Source: an uncultured Gammaproteobacteria bacterium
GTDB taxonomy: Bacteria > Patescibacteriota > Microgenomatia > CAYQLK01
Length of the DNA: 64,000 bases
Assembly: GCA_964404855.1 (NCBI GenBank)
Contig: CAYOLO010000002.1
Span: 131,494 to 195,493, forward strand
Direction of reading: 5' to 3'
Shown in pieces: positions 1-9,170 of this stretch; the first letter of the stretch is position 1, and every line of letters begins with the position of its first letter. The position numbers and the translations under genes were made by a program. The notes below the pieces were generated by a model. The model made no database searches. It was given only the letters and a program-made list of their open reading frames with translations, and was not told the DNA's origin.

Positions 1-275
1 TCTCTACCATTACAGCAAGTGGTGGTCTTTTTTCCCAAAGATCTTTTTGATTTTTTGTGTGAAGTTGCCCGTTAAGCGGACAAGGCTGATCTTTAACACC
101 AGCTTCATCAACCCCAGACTTATCAGTCAAATTAAATCCTGATTTTGACACCAAGCCACTACCAACAGAAGTTTTCGAGAAAAAAACTAACGATGATGCA
201 GTTGAAAGTATAAACAGAACTACACTTGAGACAATTAAAGTTTCCTTGGTAAGGCCCTTGTTAAAGATTTGCATT
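1..275 (-). CDS. N-terminal fragment of a secreted/membrane-anchored protein (runs off window start)
   Basis: Minus-strand ATG at 275..273 followed by a hydrophobic signal-like segment (MQIFNKGLTKETLIVSSVVLFILSTASS...). Open to window edge, not in ORF track because there is no stop in the window. Confidence 0.35.
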
Positions 276-533
276 AGGAAATTTTTGAAATAAAGTTTTA
301 CTTGTTTTTTTAAGGCAGGAGTACTAACTAACGATTAATTTTCTTCCTTTGGATAACTTATACATAATAGTCAAGTTATTTTCAATAGCTTTAACAGTTT
401 CTAAACTCAAAATAATTCGCATAGCTATTTAGAGTTATTGGTCTTTAGCCTCTTAATTGTTGTACAATTTTTCTGCAAGAAAAAACTTTTTTGGGCTTTT
501 TGCTAAAAACATAAAATTCGCCGAACGAACAAA

Positions 534-776
534 ATGGCATATAGAAAAAATATAAATCAAAACGAACGCAGACTCAGAGAATTGGCCGGCGCGATTAGGT
601 CACCGAAAAATGAACGGGTTTTGACTGACAAAACCAAAAAGCATTCAGATCTAAAAGAAATAACGATTAATACCGATGGCGATATCCCAAATATTAAGCC
701 AGACATAATCAAGGTCTTAATTATTGCTGTGGCGATTTTAAGTCTGCAAATTTGCATAAGCTTGACAAGCTTTTAA
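534..776 (+). CDS. hypothetical small protein (C-terminal hydrophobic segment)
   Basis: 80-aa ORF in an AT-rich intergenic region with no clear RBS. Confidence 0.25.
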   Translation: MAYRKNINQNERRLRELAGAIRSPKNERVLTDKTKKHSDLKEITINTDGDIPNIKPDIIKVLIIAVAILSLQICISLTSF

Positions 777-851
777 AAAAGGTGCTACTGTAGCTACAGG
801 CATAACTTAGCCTCAAATGAGGCTATATACAAAAAGGAGGTGAATGAATAA

Positions 852-995
852 ATGGAAGCATATTGCGTTAAGTGTCGTACAAAAAGAGAGATGAAAGATC
901 CAGTACCTGTTACTATGAAAAATGGTAAACCTGCAACCAAGGGTAATTGCCCAGTTTGTGGTTGTGGAATGTACAAAATCGGAGCATCCAAGTAG
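852..995 (+). CDS. DUF5679-like small zinc-ribbon protein (MEAYCVKCRTKREMKDPVPVTMKNGKPATKGNCPVCGCGMYKIGASK)
   Basis: Strong RBS AAAGGAGG 11 nt upstream of ATG. 47 aa with CxxC...CxxC and a YCVKC...VTMKNG...KG.CPVCG pattern typical of CPR DUF5679 mini-proteins. Below the ORF-track size cutoff. Confidence 0.6.
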   Translation: MEAYCVKCRTKREMKDPVPVTMKNGKPATKGNCPVCGCGMYKIGASK

Positions 996-1029
996 TTTTC
1001 TATTGGATTACCGTCTGAAGAAAACCCCC

Positions 1030-1088
1030 AAAGAAAAAATGTTTCCTTTCATTGAATAGAAACATGACTATGTTGGGGATTTTCTTTT
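1030..1088. terminator. bidirectional rho-independent terminator (nested hairpin CCCCAA...TTGGGG plus T-run)
   Basis: Inverted repeats ccccaa/ttgggg and atgtttc/gaaacat, followed by ttttcttttttt on + and A/T runs on -. Lies between the convergent DUF5679 gene and comM. Confidence 0.5.
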
Positions 1089-1092
1089 TTTA

Positions 1093-2622
1093 TTAAAGAC
1101 TCGGAAGATTAATTTTAAAGGCTAGGCTTTCTGAAAAATGTTTTTTCTCAACACAAATTGATTTATCCAAATCAGCAATCGTTCTTGATACTTTCAAAAT
1201 CTTACAGATTGATCTTGGCGATAAATTTAACTTGTCAACTGTTTCTACAAAATAATCTAAATCTTTTTTGGCAAAGTTAATTTTTTGAATTAAATTTTTA
1301 TTTGATAATCGAGAGTTGTACGCAAACTCCTTACCATTCCTTTCTTTTGCAAAATTGATTGCATCAATAATTCGAGCCTTGATAACGCTAGATGACTCCT
1401 CATTCACAGTTGAGACCATGACACTGGGAGGCAATTCATTGACTGAGACAAATATATCAATTCTGTCCAAAATCGGACCAGATAGTTTTTTTCTATAATT
1501 ATCAAGTTGAGAAAATGTACAACTACAGGCTTTTAGAGGGTTGCGATAATAACCGCACGGACAGGGATTAGTTGAGCCAACAAGAATAAAATCTGATGGA
1601 AAAGAGATCTTATTACCTGACCTAGAAATTAATATTTCATGGTCTTCCATTGGTTGTCTGATTGATTCGAGAACCGATCTTGGAAATTCTGACATCTCGT
1701 CTAAAAATAAAATTCCGTTGTGCGCGAGTGATAATTCTCCAGGTTTTGCTTTTGGTCCGCCGCCAACAATACCGACTAAAGACGCAGAGTGATGAGGACT
1801 CCTAAAAGGAGGCGCAAAGTACTCAGCCCTTTTTGATTCCAGATTAGCGTCGACAAAAATTGAATACACCTCTTTAGCCTTTTGGCTGGTTAGATCTGGA
1901 AGAATTGTTGGAAATGTTTTTGCAAGTAAGGTTTTCCCTGTTCCTGGTGGCCCATAAAAAAGCACATTGTGCCTGCCGGCTGCGGCAATTTCTAGTGCCC
2001 TTTTTGCCAAGGACTGTCCTTTAATGTATTGAAAATCAAGTTCGGATTTTGTGGTTTTATTTTTTAGTTTTTTAGCTGATATTGAACAAATTTTCGGTAT
2101 TTCAAGACCGTTCATTATTCTACAAACGGTTTTAAGTGAATCGACAAAGATAACGTTTAGATTAAGAAATGAATTTTCAATTTCTGACTTACATGAGAGC
2201 GGAGCAATAATATTTGTTTGACCCAAATTCTCAGCAATTAATAATTCTGACAAGATTCCTTTAGATAGTGTGAGTTGTCCATCTAAATAGGTTTCCCCAA
2301 AAAATAACCAATTTGAGTATTCACCAATTGATATTTGACCAGAAGCTGACAAAATACCAACTAGTATTGCCAAATCAAAATGTGAACCCTCTTTTTTTGC
2401 ATCGGCTGGGGTTAAATTAACAGTTAAATGGTGCATTGGGAAATTGAAACCTGAATTAACAATTGAGGATCTTACTCTCGACTTGGACTCCTCGACGGTT
2501 TTGTCACCAAGCCCAACTATTTCAAAGCTCGGCAACCCGTGGTTATTTAGGTCAACTTCAACCGTGACTAGAGAATTTTTGAGTAATGCTGATGTGGTTA
2601 ATATTTTTGTAGTCATGCCCAA
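1093..2622 (-). CDS. comM: YifB/ComM family Mg-chelatase-like AAA+ ATPase
   Basis: N-terminal Lon-like domain, Walker A GPPGTGKT, and the C4 zinc motif CPCGYY...CSC typical of ComM. Confidence 0.9.
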   Translation of the reverse strand: MGMTTKILTTSALLKNSLVTVEVDLNNHGLPSFEIVGLGDKTVEESKSRVRSSIVNSGFNFPMHHLTVNLTPADAKKEGSHFDLAILVGILSASGQISIGEYSNWLFFGETYLDGQLTLSKGILSELLIAENLGQTNIIAPLSCKSEIENSFLNLNVIFVDSLKTVCRIMNGLEIPKICSISAKKLKNKTTKSELDFQYIKGQSLAKRALEIAAAGRHNVLFYGPPGTGKTLLAKTFPTILPDLTSQKAKEVYSIFVDANLESKRAEYFAPPFRSPHHSASLVGIVGGGPKAKPGELSLAHNGILFLDEMSEFPRSVLESIRQPMEDHEILISRSGNKISFPSDFILVGSTNPCPCGYYRNPLKACSCTFSQLDNYRKKLSGPILDRIDIFVSVNELPPSVMVSTVNEESSSVIKARIIDAINFAKERNGKEFAYNSRLSNKNLIQKINFAKKDLDYFVETVDKLNLSPRSICKILKVSRTIADLDKSICVEKKHFSESLAFKINLPSL

Positions 2623-2645
2623 TATTTATGTTTGGGCAGAGGTTG

Positions 2646-2815
2646 TGTAAATAATACGAAGATAACACGAATATTGCAATAGGTAAATAATAGTTACTCG
2701 TTCAAATACCGCGCAATTTATGCCTCTGTCAAAATTGACTTATATTTGAGCTACGTCCTTCGCTTCAGGAAACCTGAAGCTAACGAAGATAACACGAATA
2801 TTGCAATAGGTAAAA
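2646..2815. repeat. two identical 32-bp direct repeats (acgaagataacacgaatattgcaataggtaaa) 138 bp apart, immediately upstream of the rnpB promoter
   Basis: Exact repeat at 2646-2677 and 2784-2815. The intervening sequence contains the hairpin cgcttcagg-aaa-cctgaagc. Confidence 0.6.
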
Positions 2816-2837
2816 ATTTAATTAATATCCTAGAGTA

Positions 2838-2872
2838 TTTTTATTTTGGTTAAAAATGATATAATTACGTTT
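2838..2872 (+). promoter_or_regulatory. sigma70-type promoter of rnpB (-10 TATAAT at 2862-2867)
   Basis: ttggTTAAAAatgaTATAATtacgtttG places +1 at the first base of the RNase P RNA P1 helix. Confidence 0.5.
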
Positions 2873-2874
2873 GT

Positions 2875-3209
2875 CAGGAAGCAGTTCGGCTACTGTAGCA
2901 ATACAGAGGAAAGTCCAGACTGCATGCAAAGGGTGCGCCGTGTAAACGGTGACGCGTAAGCGCTAGTCCTTGATTTGTCAAGGCGGGTTCGGAATCAACT
3001 GAACACGAGAGCAACAGTGACGATGCCTTCATTTATTTGAAGGAGTGAAACGGGCAATCCTCCCCGCAGCAACCACGAAATAAACCGTTTGAGGTATTTG
3101 CGCCAAGGTTTAAAAGTTGGGCATCTAATGGGAAAACCTTAGAAATATTGTCTTTTGGCAATACTAGATAGATGGCCGTTAAAACAGAATCTGGCTTATT
3201 CGCTTCCTG
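2875..3209 (+). ncRNA. rnpB: RNase P RNA (bacterial type A, compact)
   Basis: P4 signature AGAGGAAAGTCCAGAC near the 5' end. GGGTGCGCCGTGTAAACGGTGACGCGTAAGCGC core. 3' ACAGAATCTGGCTTAT. P1 pairing caggaagc...gcttcctg closes the molecule. Confidence 0.8.
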
Positions 3210-3216
3210 ATAAAAA

Positions 3217-4236
3217 TTAATCTTTCTTTGTTTTTGGAAGTCTACCGACAAAAAACTCGTTTGCAAATATTTTGATTGTGACCGCAACAGGTACCGCCAA
3301 CACTGCCCCCATTATTCCATAAAGCTTTGTTCCAATAATTAATGCCAGAATGGTTACTAGTGGATTAATACCGATTGCTCTTCTCATTACAGTCGGAACA
3401 ATTAAATTATTTTCTAGCTGTTGAATCACAAAATAGAGTGCAACAGTTGCAATTCCAATTATTGGTGAAACAGTAAATCCTGCAAGAATTGCCGGAATGG
3501 CTCCAACTATTGGACCGATTACTGGCACAATTTCTGATAACCCTGCGACAATTGCTAAAGGTAAGGCATAAGGCACACCAAGCAACGCCAAGCCGATATA
3601 GGTTATTACTCCAATAATTATTACTAGGGTTATTTGCCCTCTTACCCAAGCACCAAGCCCAAACTCTAAGTTCTTGATAAGTTTTTCAGCTCTTTTCTCG
3701 TTTTCGCCCGTAAAAAGCGATTTAACCATGTTCGTAATTTGTTCCCAATAAAGTAGTGAATAAAAAGTAATAACAAACATTGTCATGATTGAAAAAATAG
3801 AATTAAAAAATCCTGCAGTAATTGTCACAGCATTCGAACCAAAATTGCCAAGCTGCCCAGTAATTGAGCCGGATATCTGATCAGATGAAATATTATTAAT
3901 AATTAAAATATCGTTAACTTGGTTAATAAGACTCGGTAAATTTTCTATCAACAAAGAAGTCTGCTCAATAAGCGGAGGAATAATTACTCTGAAGATAAGA
4001 ATAATAAGACCAATTACTACTAAATAAATTATGCCAATCGAAAGCGGTCGGGGGATTTTGCGCTTAACTAAAAAATCGACTGGACTCCTTAATGTCGAAA
4101 CAAAGATAAAGGCGATAAAGATAAGAAATATTACATCTAATAATTTTAATAAAATCCAAGAAGTTGCCAAAGTTGCTAAGGTAAAAATAATTGTGCGATG
4201 TGAAATTTCTATTTTTTCAGGAAAGGTTTTCATCAT
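3217..4236 (-). CDS. AI-2E family transporter (PerM/YhhT-like, UPF0118)
   Basis: 8 TM helices with the characteristic C-terminal GLSEIVPVIGPIVGAIPA...VLAVP motifs. Confidence 0.85.
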   Translation of the reverse strand: MMKTFPEKIEISHRTIIFTLATLATSWILLKLLDVIFLIFIAFIFVSTLRSPVDFLVKRKIPRPLSIGIIYLVVIGLIILIFRVIIPPLIEQTSLLIENLPSLINQVNDILIINNISSDQISGSITGQLGNFGSNAVTITAGFFNSIFSIMTMFVITFYSLLYWEQITNMVKSLFTGENEKRAEKLIKNLEFGLGAWVRGQITLVIIIGVITYIGLALLGVPYALPLAIVAGLSEIVPVIGPIVGAIPAILAGFTVSPIIGIATVALYFVIQQLENNLIVPTVMRRAIGINPLVTILALIIGTKLYGIMGAVLAVPVAVTIKIFANEFFVGRLPKTKKD

Positions 4237-5183
4237 TTACTATTATACCAATCAAAAACGTCAGTTTGAATATCATTTTGTATTGTGTCGATGTTTTGGC
4301 TATTAATTTCGTAAACATGAGCATTTTTTGTATTACGCATCCACGTTAATTGGTTTTTGGCATATTTATATATTGCGATTGGCAAATGAATATCCAAGTA
4401 CTCTTTTGATATTTCTTCGTTTAGATATCTATTAACTTCGCGATAGACAAGACCAATTGAATTTAGAATTTCGTCAGAATATTGTGTTTTTAGTAATTTA
4501 ACCTCTTCGATTAGTCCCATATTGAGTTTTTCTTGATACCACGAATTAATTCTCAATCTTAATATTTCTGTATCTGGCTTAAGATAAATAAAAAAACAAT
4601 CATATTTATTTGCAACTGGCTCGTTTTTTTGTAACTTTTGAGAATTTAAAAGAACCTCAATTGCTCGAATAATTCTTCTTGGATTATTTTGGTCTGAAAA
4701 ATTCAAACTAAGATATTTTTCTGAACTAATTTTGTTTAAATAGGCTGTTAATTCCGATATGGTTTTTTTAGCAAGTTTGTCACGAAGTTTTTTATCTGGT
4801 GCGATTTCTAAACTTTCAATTGAATTAAGGAGACTACTTACATATAAACCTGTACCGCCAGCAATTATAGCCACATCCTTTGTCTTGAAAATATTATTCA
4901 AAACTTCTTGGGTGTCCCTATTAAAATCTGATACAGAGTATGTTTGGTCTGGCGATACAACATCGTACAAATTGACCTTTATGTTATCGATTACCCAATA
5001 TCTTTTTTCTTTTTTTACCAAATCTAACTTTGAAAATTTTCCAGTACCAATATCCAAGCTTTTAATTACTTGACGTGAATCAGCAGAAATAATTTCTGTT
5101 TTTAGTTTTTTTGCGAGTTTTATAGACAAACTGGTTTTTCCAGAAGTAGTTGGACCGTAAATAATTATTAATTTGTTTTTCAT
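4233..5183 (-). CDS. miaA: tRNA dimethylallyltransferase
   Basis: N-terminal P-loop IIYGPTTSGKTSLSIKLA and SADSRQVIKSLDIGTGK. Confidence 0.9.
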   Translation of the reverse strand: MKNKLIIIYGPTTSGKTSLSIKLAKKLKTEIISADSRQVIKSLDIGTGKFSKLDLVKKEKRYWVIDNIKVNLYDVVSPDQTYSVSDFNRDTQEVLNNIFKTKDVAIIAGGTGLYVSSLLNSIESLEIAPDKKLRDKLAKKTISELTAYLNKISSEKYLSLNFSDQNNPRRIIRAIEVLLNSQKLQKNEPVANKYDCFFIYLKPDTEILRLRINSWYQEKLNMGLIEEVKLLKTQYSDEILNSIGLVYREVNRYLNEEISKEYLDIHLPIAIYKYAKNQLTWMRNTKNAHVYEINSQNIDTIQNDIQTDVFDWYNSK

Positions 5184-5228
5184 TTAATTAAAGATTTTTA
5201 AGTTGAACTGAATTAGAATACTATATTT

Positions 5229-6893
5229 ATGGGCATAATTACGCTACATTCACGATTTTTTAAATTTTGTGCTAAGCACTGGATTTGGATAATTTTTCTA
5301 TTAACTAGTTTTTTGAGATTTTTTGACCTTAATTGGGATGGGGTTTACAAGCTACATCCAGACGAATTAAATATTTCAATTGCGATTCACAATATGGAAG
5401 AAAATCCTGATTTTAATCCTGATTTTTTTGCTTATGGAACTTTACCAATCGGGCTAATATTTACCATCAAACAATTCTTTTTAAGTTTTTTTGAGATTTC
5501 ACTTAATGACTACTTAGTGGGTAGGTTTATATCAGCAACTTTAAGTAGTTTATCGATTTTAATTTTTTATAAATGGATTAAATTATTTGCTAAAAAAATA
5601 TATCCGAAAAATGAGCAGCTTTTTTTGTTTATTTCGGTTTTTATACTTGCCTTTTCTCCTGCTGTTATTCAATCAGCGCATTTTATGACTTTCGAGTCGA
5701 TACTAATTTTTGAGTATTTACTGTTCTCTCTGGCAGCAACTAATTATTTGATAAAGAAATCTAAACTTTATTTATTTTTGGTTGGAGTAATTACTGGAGT
5801 TGCGATCGCTACAAAAATTACCAGCTTTTTCTTATTGCCAATTTTTGTTTTGATTATATTTTTATCTTATTACAAAAAACTTAACCAAAAAAAAAGTTTT
5901 TTAATAACTGTTCACCACTTGGCTTATTTTATTTTTATTTCAATACTAACCGCTTCAGTTTTGTCGCCGTTTTCAATTATGAATTGGAATAAGTTTTTAG
6001 ACATAATAAAATATGAAAGTTCGGTTGCAGATGGAGATTTGAGAGTTTTTTATACTCAACAGTTTTTTAATACTACACCAGTTATTTTTCAAACAAGAAG
6101 TGTTTTAGATTTTTTGCTTGGTGGATTTGTATGGTTGTTTTTTACAATATTAGGCTTTTATTATTTCGCAAGAAATTCAAAACGATATTACCTATATATA
6201 CCATTTGTTTTTTTATTGCTTGGATGGCTACCGACTAGTTTTCTATTTGTGAAATGGATACGATACTCCGTTTATTTCACGCCTTTTTTTGCAATCTTTG
6301 CCGCAGTTGGGATGATGGGGGTTTTAAGAAATCATATAAAAATACGCAACCTGTTATTAGTATCTACTTTTCTTATTAGCTTAATTAATTTGTGGATGTT
6401 TTATAGAGTTTATACTGCGGAAGACACAAGAATTACTACAGCAAAATGGGCTGAACATCACATACCTCAAAATTCAAATATTTTATCCGAGTCTTATGAT
6501 CTGAGCATAATACCGTTTAATAATAAATTTATGGATTCTATTACATTATTTGATTTTTATAATTTAAACGACATAGCGGCTTCAAAGTTTTTATCAAACC
6601 AACTTGAGAACACTGAATATATTATTTCTCCAAGCCAAAGAGTATGGGGAAATCTGAACCATCAAAAAGGCGACCTTTATAAAATCAATTACTATAATTC
6701 ACTAAATGATTCTAGGTTGGGATTTGAATTAGTATATACATCCAAAGTAGATACAGATTTCTTAATTTTTGGGTATGACCAAAAGAGATTGGAAGAGACG
6801 TTTTCTGTTTTTGATCATCCTGAAGTAAGAATCTACAAAAAAATTGGCCATAAAAGCTCAGAAGATTATTTAAAAATTATTACTGCTAAATAA
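5229..6893 (+). CDS. GT39/PMT-ArnT-like polytopic glycosyltransferase (CPR-type)
   Basis: Multi-TM protein with conserved HPDE(L/R)N loop motif after TM1. Paralog of the next gene, with which it forms an operon. Confidence 0.7.
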   Translation: MGIITLHSRFFKFCAKHWIWIIFLLTSFLRFFDLNWDGVYKLHPDELNISIAIHNMEENPDFNPDFFAYGTLPIGLIFTIKQFFLSFFEISLNDYLVGRFISATLSSLSILIFYKWIKLFAKKIYPKNEQLFLFISVFILAFSPAVIQSAHFMTFESILIFEYLLFSLAATNYLIKKSKLYLFLVGVITGVAIATKITSFFLLPIFVLIIFLSYYKKLNQKKSFLITVHHLAYFIFISILTASVLSPFSIMNWNKFLDIIKYESSVADGDLRVFYTQQFFNTTPVIFQTRSVLDFLLGGFVWLFFTILGFYYFARNSKRYYLYIPFVFLLLGWLPTSFLFVKWIRYSVYFTPFFAIFAAVGMMGVLRNHIKIRNLLLVSTFLISLINLWMFYRVYTAEDTRITTAKWAEHHIPQNSNILSESYDLSIIPFNNKFMDSITLFDFYNLNDIAASKFLSNQLENTEYIISPSQRVWGNLNHQKGDLYKINYYNSLNDSRLGFELVYTSKVDTDFLIFGYDQKRLEETFSVFDHPEVRIYKKIGHKSSEDYLKIITAK

Positions 6894-6897
6894 TTTA

Positions 6898-8568
6898 ATG
6901 CGAAATACTATTTTGGGTAACGTAAAGAAAAAAAACTTTCTTCCGCCTTTAATATTTTTAATAATCACAGGACTTACACTTTATTTTAGATTTTTTAATT
7001 TGAATTGGGATTTGAGTCATTCATTTCATCCTGATGAAAGAAATATTATTGGCTCAAGTGTAAACGCTAGCTGGTTTTATGATCCAGGTTTTTATTCTTA
7101 CGGAAGCCTTCCTAGTTATGTTTATAGAATAATTGCTGATTTTTTAACACAGATTACAGGAGTTAATTATGTAAGCTATTCAAACTTACTAATTATTGGG
7201 AGATCAACCTCAGCCTTTGTGGGAACGATCAGTGTTGTTTTATTTTATTTTTTACTTAAAAAGTTTTTTTCTAATTATTTTTCACTGCTTGGCATGTTGT
7301 TTATGTCCACAAGTATGTACCTTATTCAAACATCTCACTATGCAACAACAGAATCGTTGATGTTAATGTACACAATTTTGATTTTGCTTTCGACAATTAA
7401 CCTTGTAAACAAAAAGAATATTCTTTGGGCAATTATCCTTGGTACATTTTTTGGGGTATCGCTTGGAACAAAAATAACCTCGGTTAGTTATTTACTAATT
7501 ATTTTGTCAGGATATTTATGGATATTTATAAATAATTATAAAACAAAGCTGGTCCAGACTTTTGGATTATTATCTTTAACTTTGTTTACAGCGTTATGTT
7601 TTTTAATTATCACCTGGCCATGGTTATTTTTAAATTTTGATAAGTTTTTAGAAGCCTCAAAATATGAAATTGGAGTAATTAATGGATCACTAAATGTGCC
7701 GTACACTAAACAATATATTAGTTCTTTAAATTATTTTTACGAACTAAAGAATTTGTCGTTTTGGAGTTTAAATTTTCCAATATTATTTTTGTCTGCTTTT
7801 GGGTTAATAGTAATGTTAAAAAATTTTACTAAAAAAAGTTATGCAGTAGTTATTATTTTGCCTTATTTTATTTTGTACTTCTTAATAATTGGACAAAATT
7901 TTGCAAAGTTTAATAGATATATGATTCCAATTGTGCCAATTTTTATAATACTTTCAGTATTTGCACTAAAATTTTTATATTCTTATTTTAAAACTAAGTC
8001 TGTTAAGAAATATTATTTTCATGTATTAATTCTTATTTTAGTAATAACTCAAATATTTTTTGCGTTCTCTTATATGGCAATATACTTTTCCGAACAAACT
8101 AGAATTACAACATCAAAATGGATTTATGAAAATGTACCAATTGGATCAAAATTATTAACTGAACACTGGGACGATGGCCTACCAATACAAATTGATGGAT
8201 ATTCTGCAAGCTTTCAATCAGAAGAGCTTAAAATGTATGATCAAGATAATGAGGCAAAAATTTTTGAGCTTGCTGAAAAGTTATCATCATCAGATTATGT
8301 AATTTTATCTTCTCGTAAGTTGTGGTCTACAATAATCAAACTTGAAAATGAGTACCCGATATCTTCTGTCTACTACAAAAAGCTATTTTCAGGTGAACTT
8401 GGATATGATATTGAATATCAAGGCAGATCGTTTCCAAGACTAGGCAAAATGGTATTAAACGATAACTGGGCCGATGAATCGTTTCAGGATTATGATCACC
8501 CAGAAACCTATGTGTTTAAAAATCAAATTAAATTATCGGAAAATGAATTAATAAAGTTGCTTAAATAG
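6898..8568 (+). CDS. GT39/PMT-ArnT-like polytopic glycosyltransferase (paralog)
   Basis: FHPDERNI motif, same architecture and length as 5229..6893, with a 4-bp intergenic gap. Confidence 0.7.
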   Translation: MRNTILGNVKKKNFLPPLIFLIITGLTLYFRFFNLNWDLSHSFHPDERNIIGSSVNASWFYDPGFYSYGSLPSYVYRIIADFLTQITGVNYVSYSNLLIIGRSTSAFVGTISVVLFYFLLKKFFSNYFSLLGMLFMSTSMYLIQTSHYATTESLMLMYTILILLSTINLVNKKNILWAIILGTFFGVSLGTKITSVSYLLIILSGYLWIFINNYKTKLVQTFGLLSLTLFTALCFLIITWPWLFLNFDKFLEASKYEIGVINGSLNVPYTKQYISSLNYFYELKNLSFWSLNFPILFLSAFGLIVMLKNFTKKSYAVVIILPYFILYFLIIGQNFAKFNRYMIPIVPIFIILSVFALKFLYSYFKTKSVKKYYFHVLILILVITQIFFAFSYMAIYFSEQTRITTSKWIYENVPIGSKLLTEHWDDGLPIQIDGYSASFQSEELKMYDQDNEAKIFELAEKLSSSDYVILSSRKLWSTIIKLENEYPISSVYYKKLFSGELGYDIEYQGRSFPRLGKMVLNDNWADESFQDYDHPETYVFKNQIKLSENELIKLLK

Positions 8569-8570
8569 TA

Positions 8571-9170
8571 ATGATAAAAAAACGAAAAAAAATAAACATT
8601 GGTATTGATATCGACGGAATCTTTGTTGACAAACCACCACTGGTTCCAGCAAGGGTAATAAACTATTTGTACAGGAAAACTAATAATAAATCACTGGAAT
8701 ATAAAATACCTTTAAACTATTTTGACAAAAAAATACGAATTATTAGCCATTTAAAGATATTTAGGCCAATTATTAAAAATAATCTTAACTGGCTTAAAGA
8801 AAATTCAAGTAATACAAATATAAATATTTTTATTGTGTCGGGTAGATATTCGTTTTTAGAGAACAGGACAAAAAAATTACTTAAAAATAATGGCATTGTT
8901 CTTAAAAACGAAAGAATTAAGTTAAACACCAAAGACATTCAGCCTCATATTTTTAAAGATCAAATCGTTAAAAATCTGAATATTGACTATATGATTGATG
9001 ATGATATTTTTATGCTGAAGTACTTATCTACACTTAATCCAAATACTACTTTCGTTTGGTATGCTAACTCCCCATATTTTAAGGCTAATTTAAGCTACGA
9101 ATTAAATCACTTTAAAAATTTAATCAAAATTGATGACTTAAAAAATCTGAATCCACTAATAAAACAATGA
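8571..9170 (+). CDS. HAD-like hydrolase / deoxyribonucleotidase-like protein (tentative)
   Basis: N-terminal IGIDIDGIF resembles HAD motif I (DxDGxx). Translationally coupled to its neighbours. Confidence 0.4.
   Translation: MIKKRKKINIGIDIDGIFVDKPPLVPARVINYLYRKTNNKSLEYKIPLNYFDKKIRIISHLKIFRPIIKNNLNWLKENSSNTNINIFIVSGRYSFLENRTKKLLKNNGIVLKNERIKLNTKDIQPHIFKDQIVKNLNIDYMIDDDIFMLKYLSTLNPNTTFVWYANSPYFKANLSYELNHFKNLIKIDDLKNLNPLIKQ

Noticed and set aside
794-991. 65-aa minus-strand ORF
   Set aside because: Antisense to the well-supported DUF5679-like gene, which has a strong RBS and a conserved Cys pattern.
3033-3287. 84-aa ORF on the minus strand
   Set aside because: It overlaps the RNase P RNA almost entirely and has no RBS. 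Spurious.
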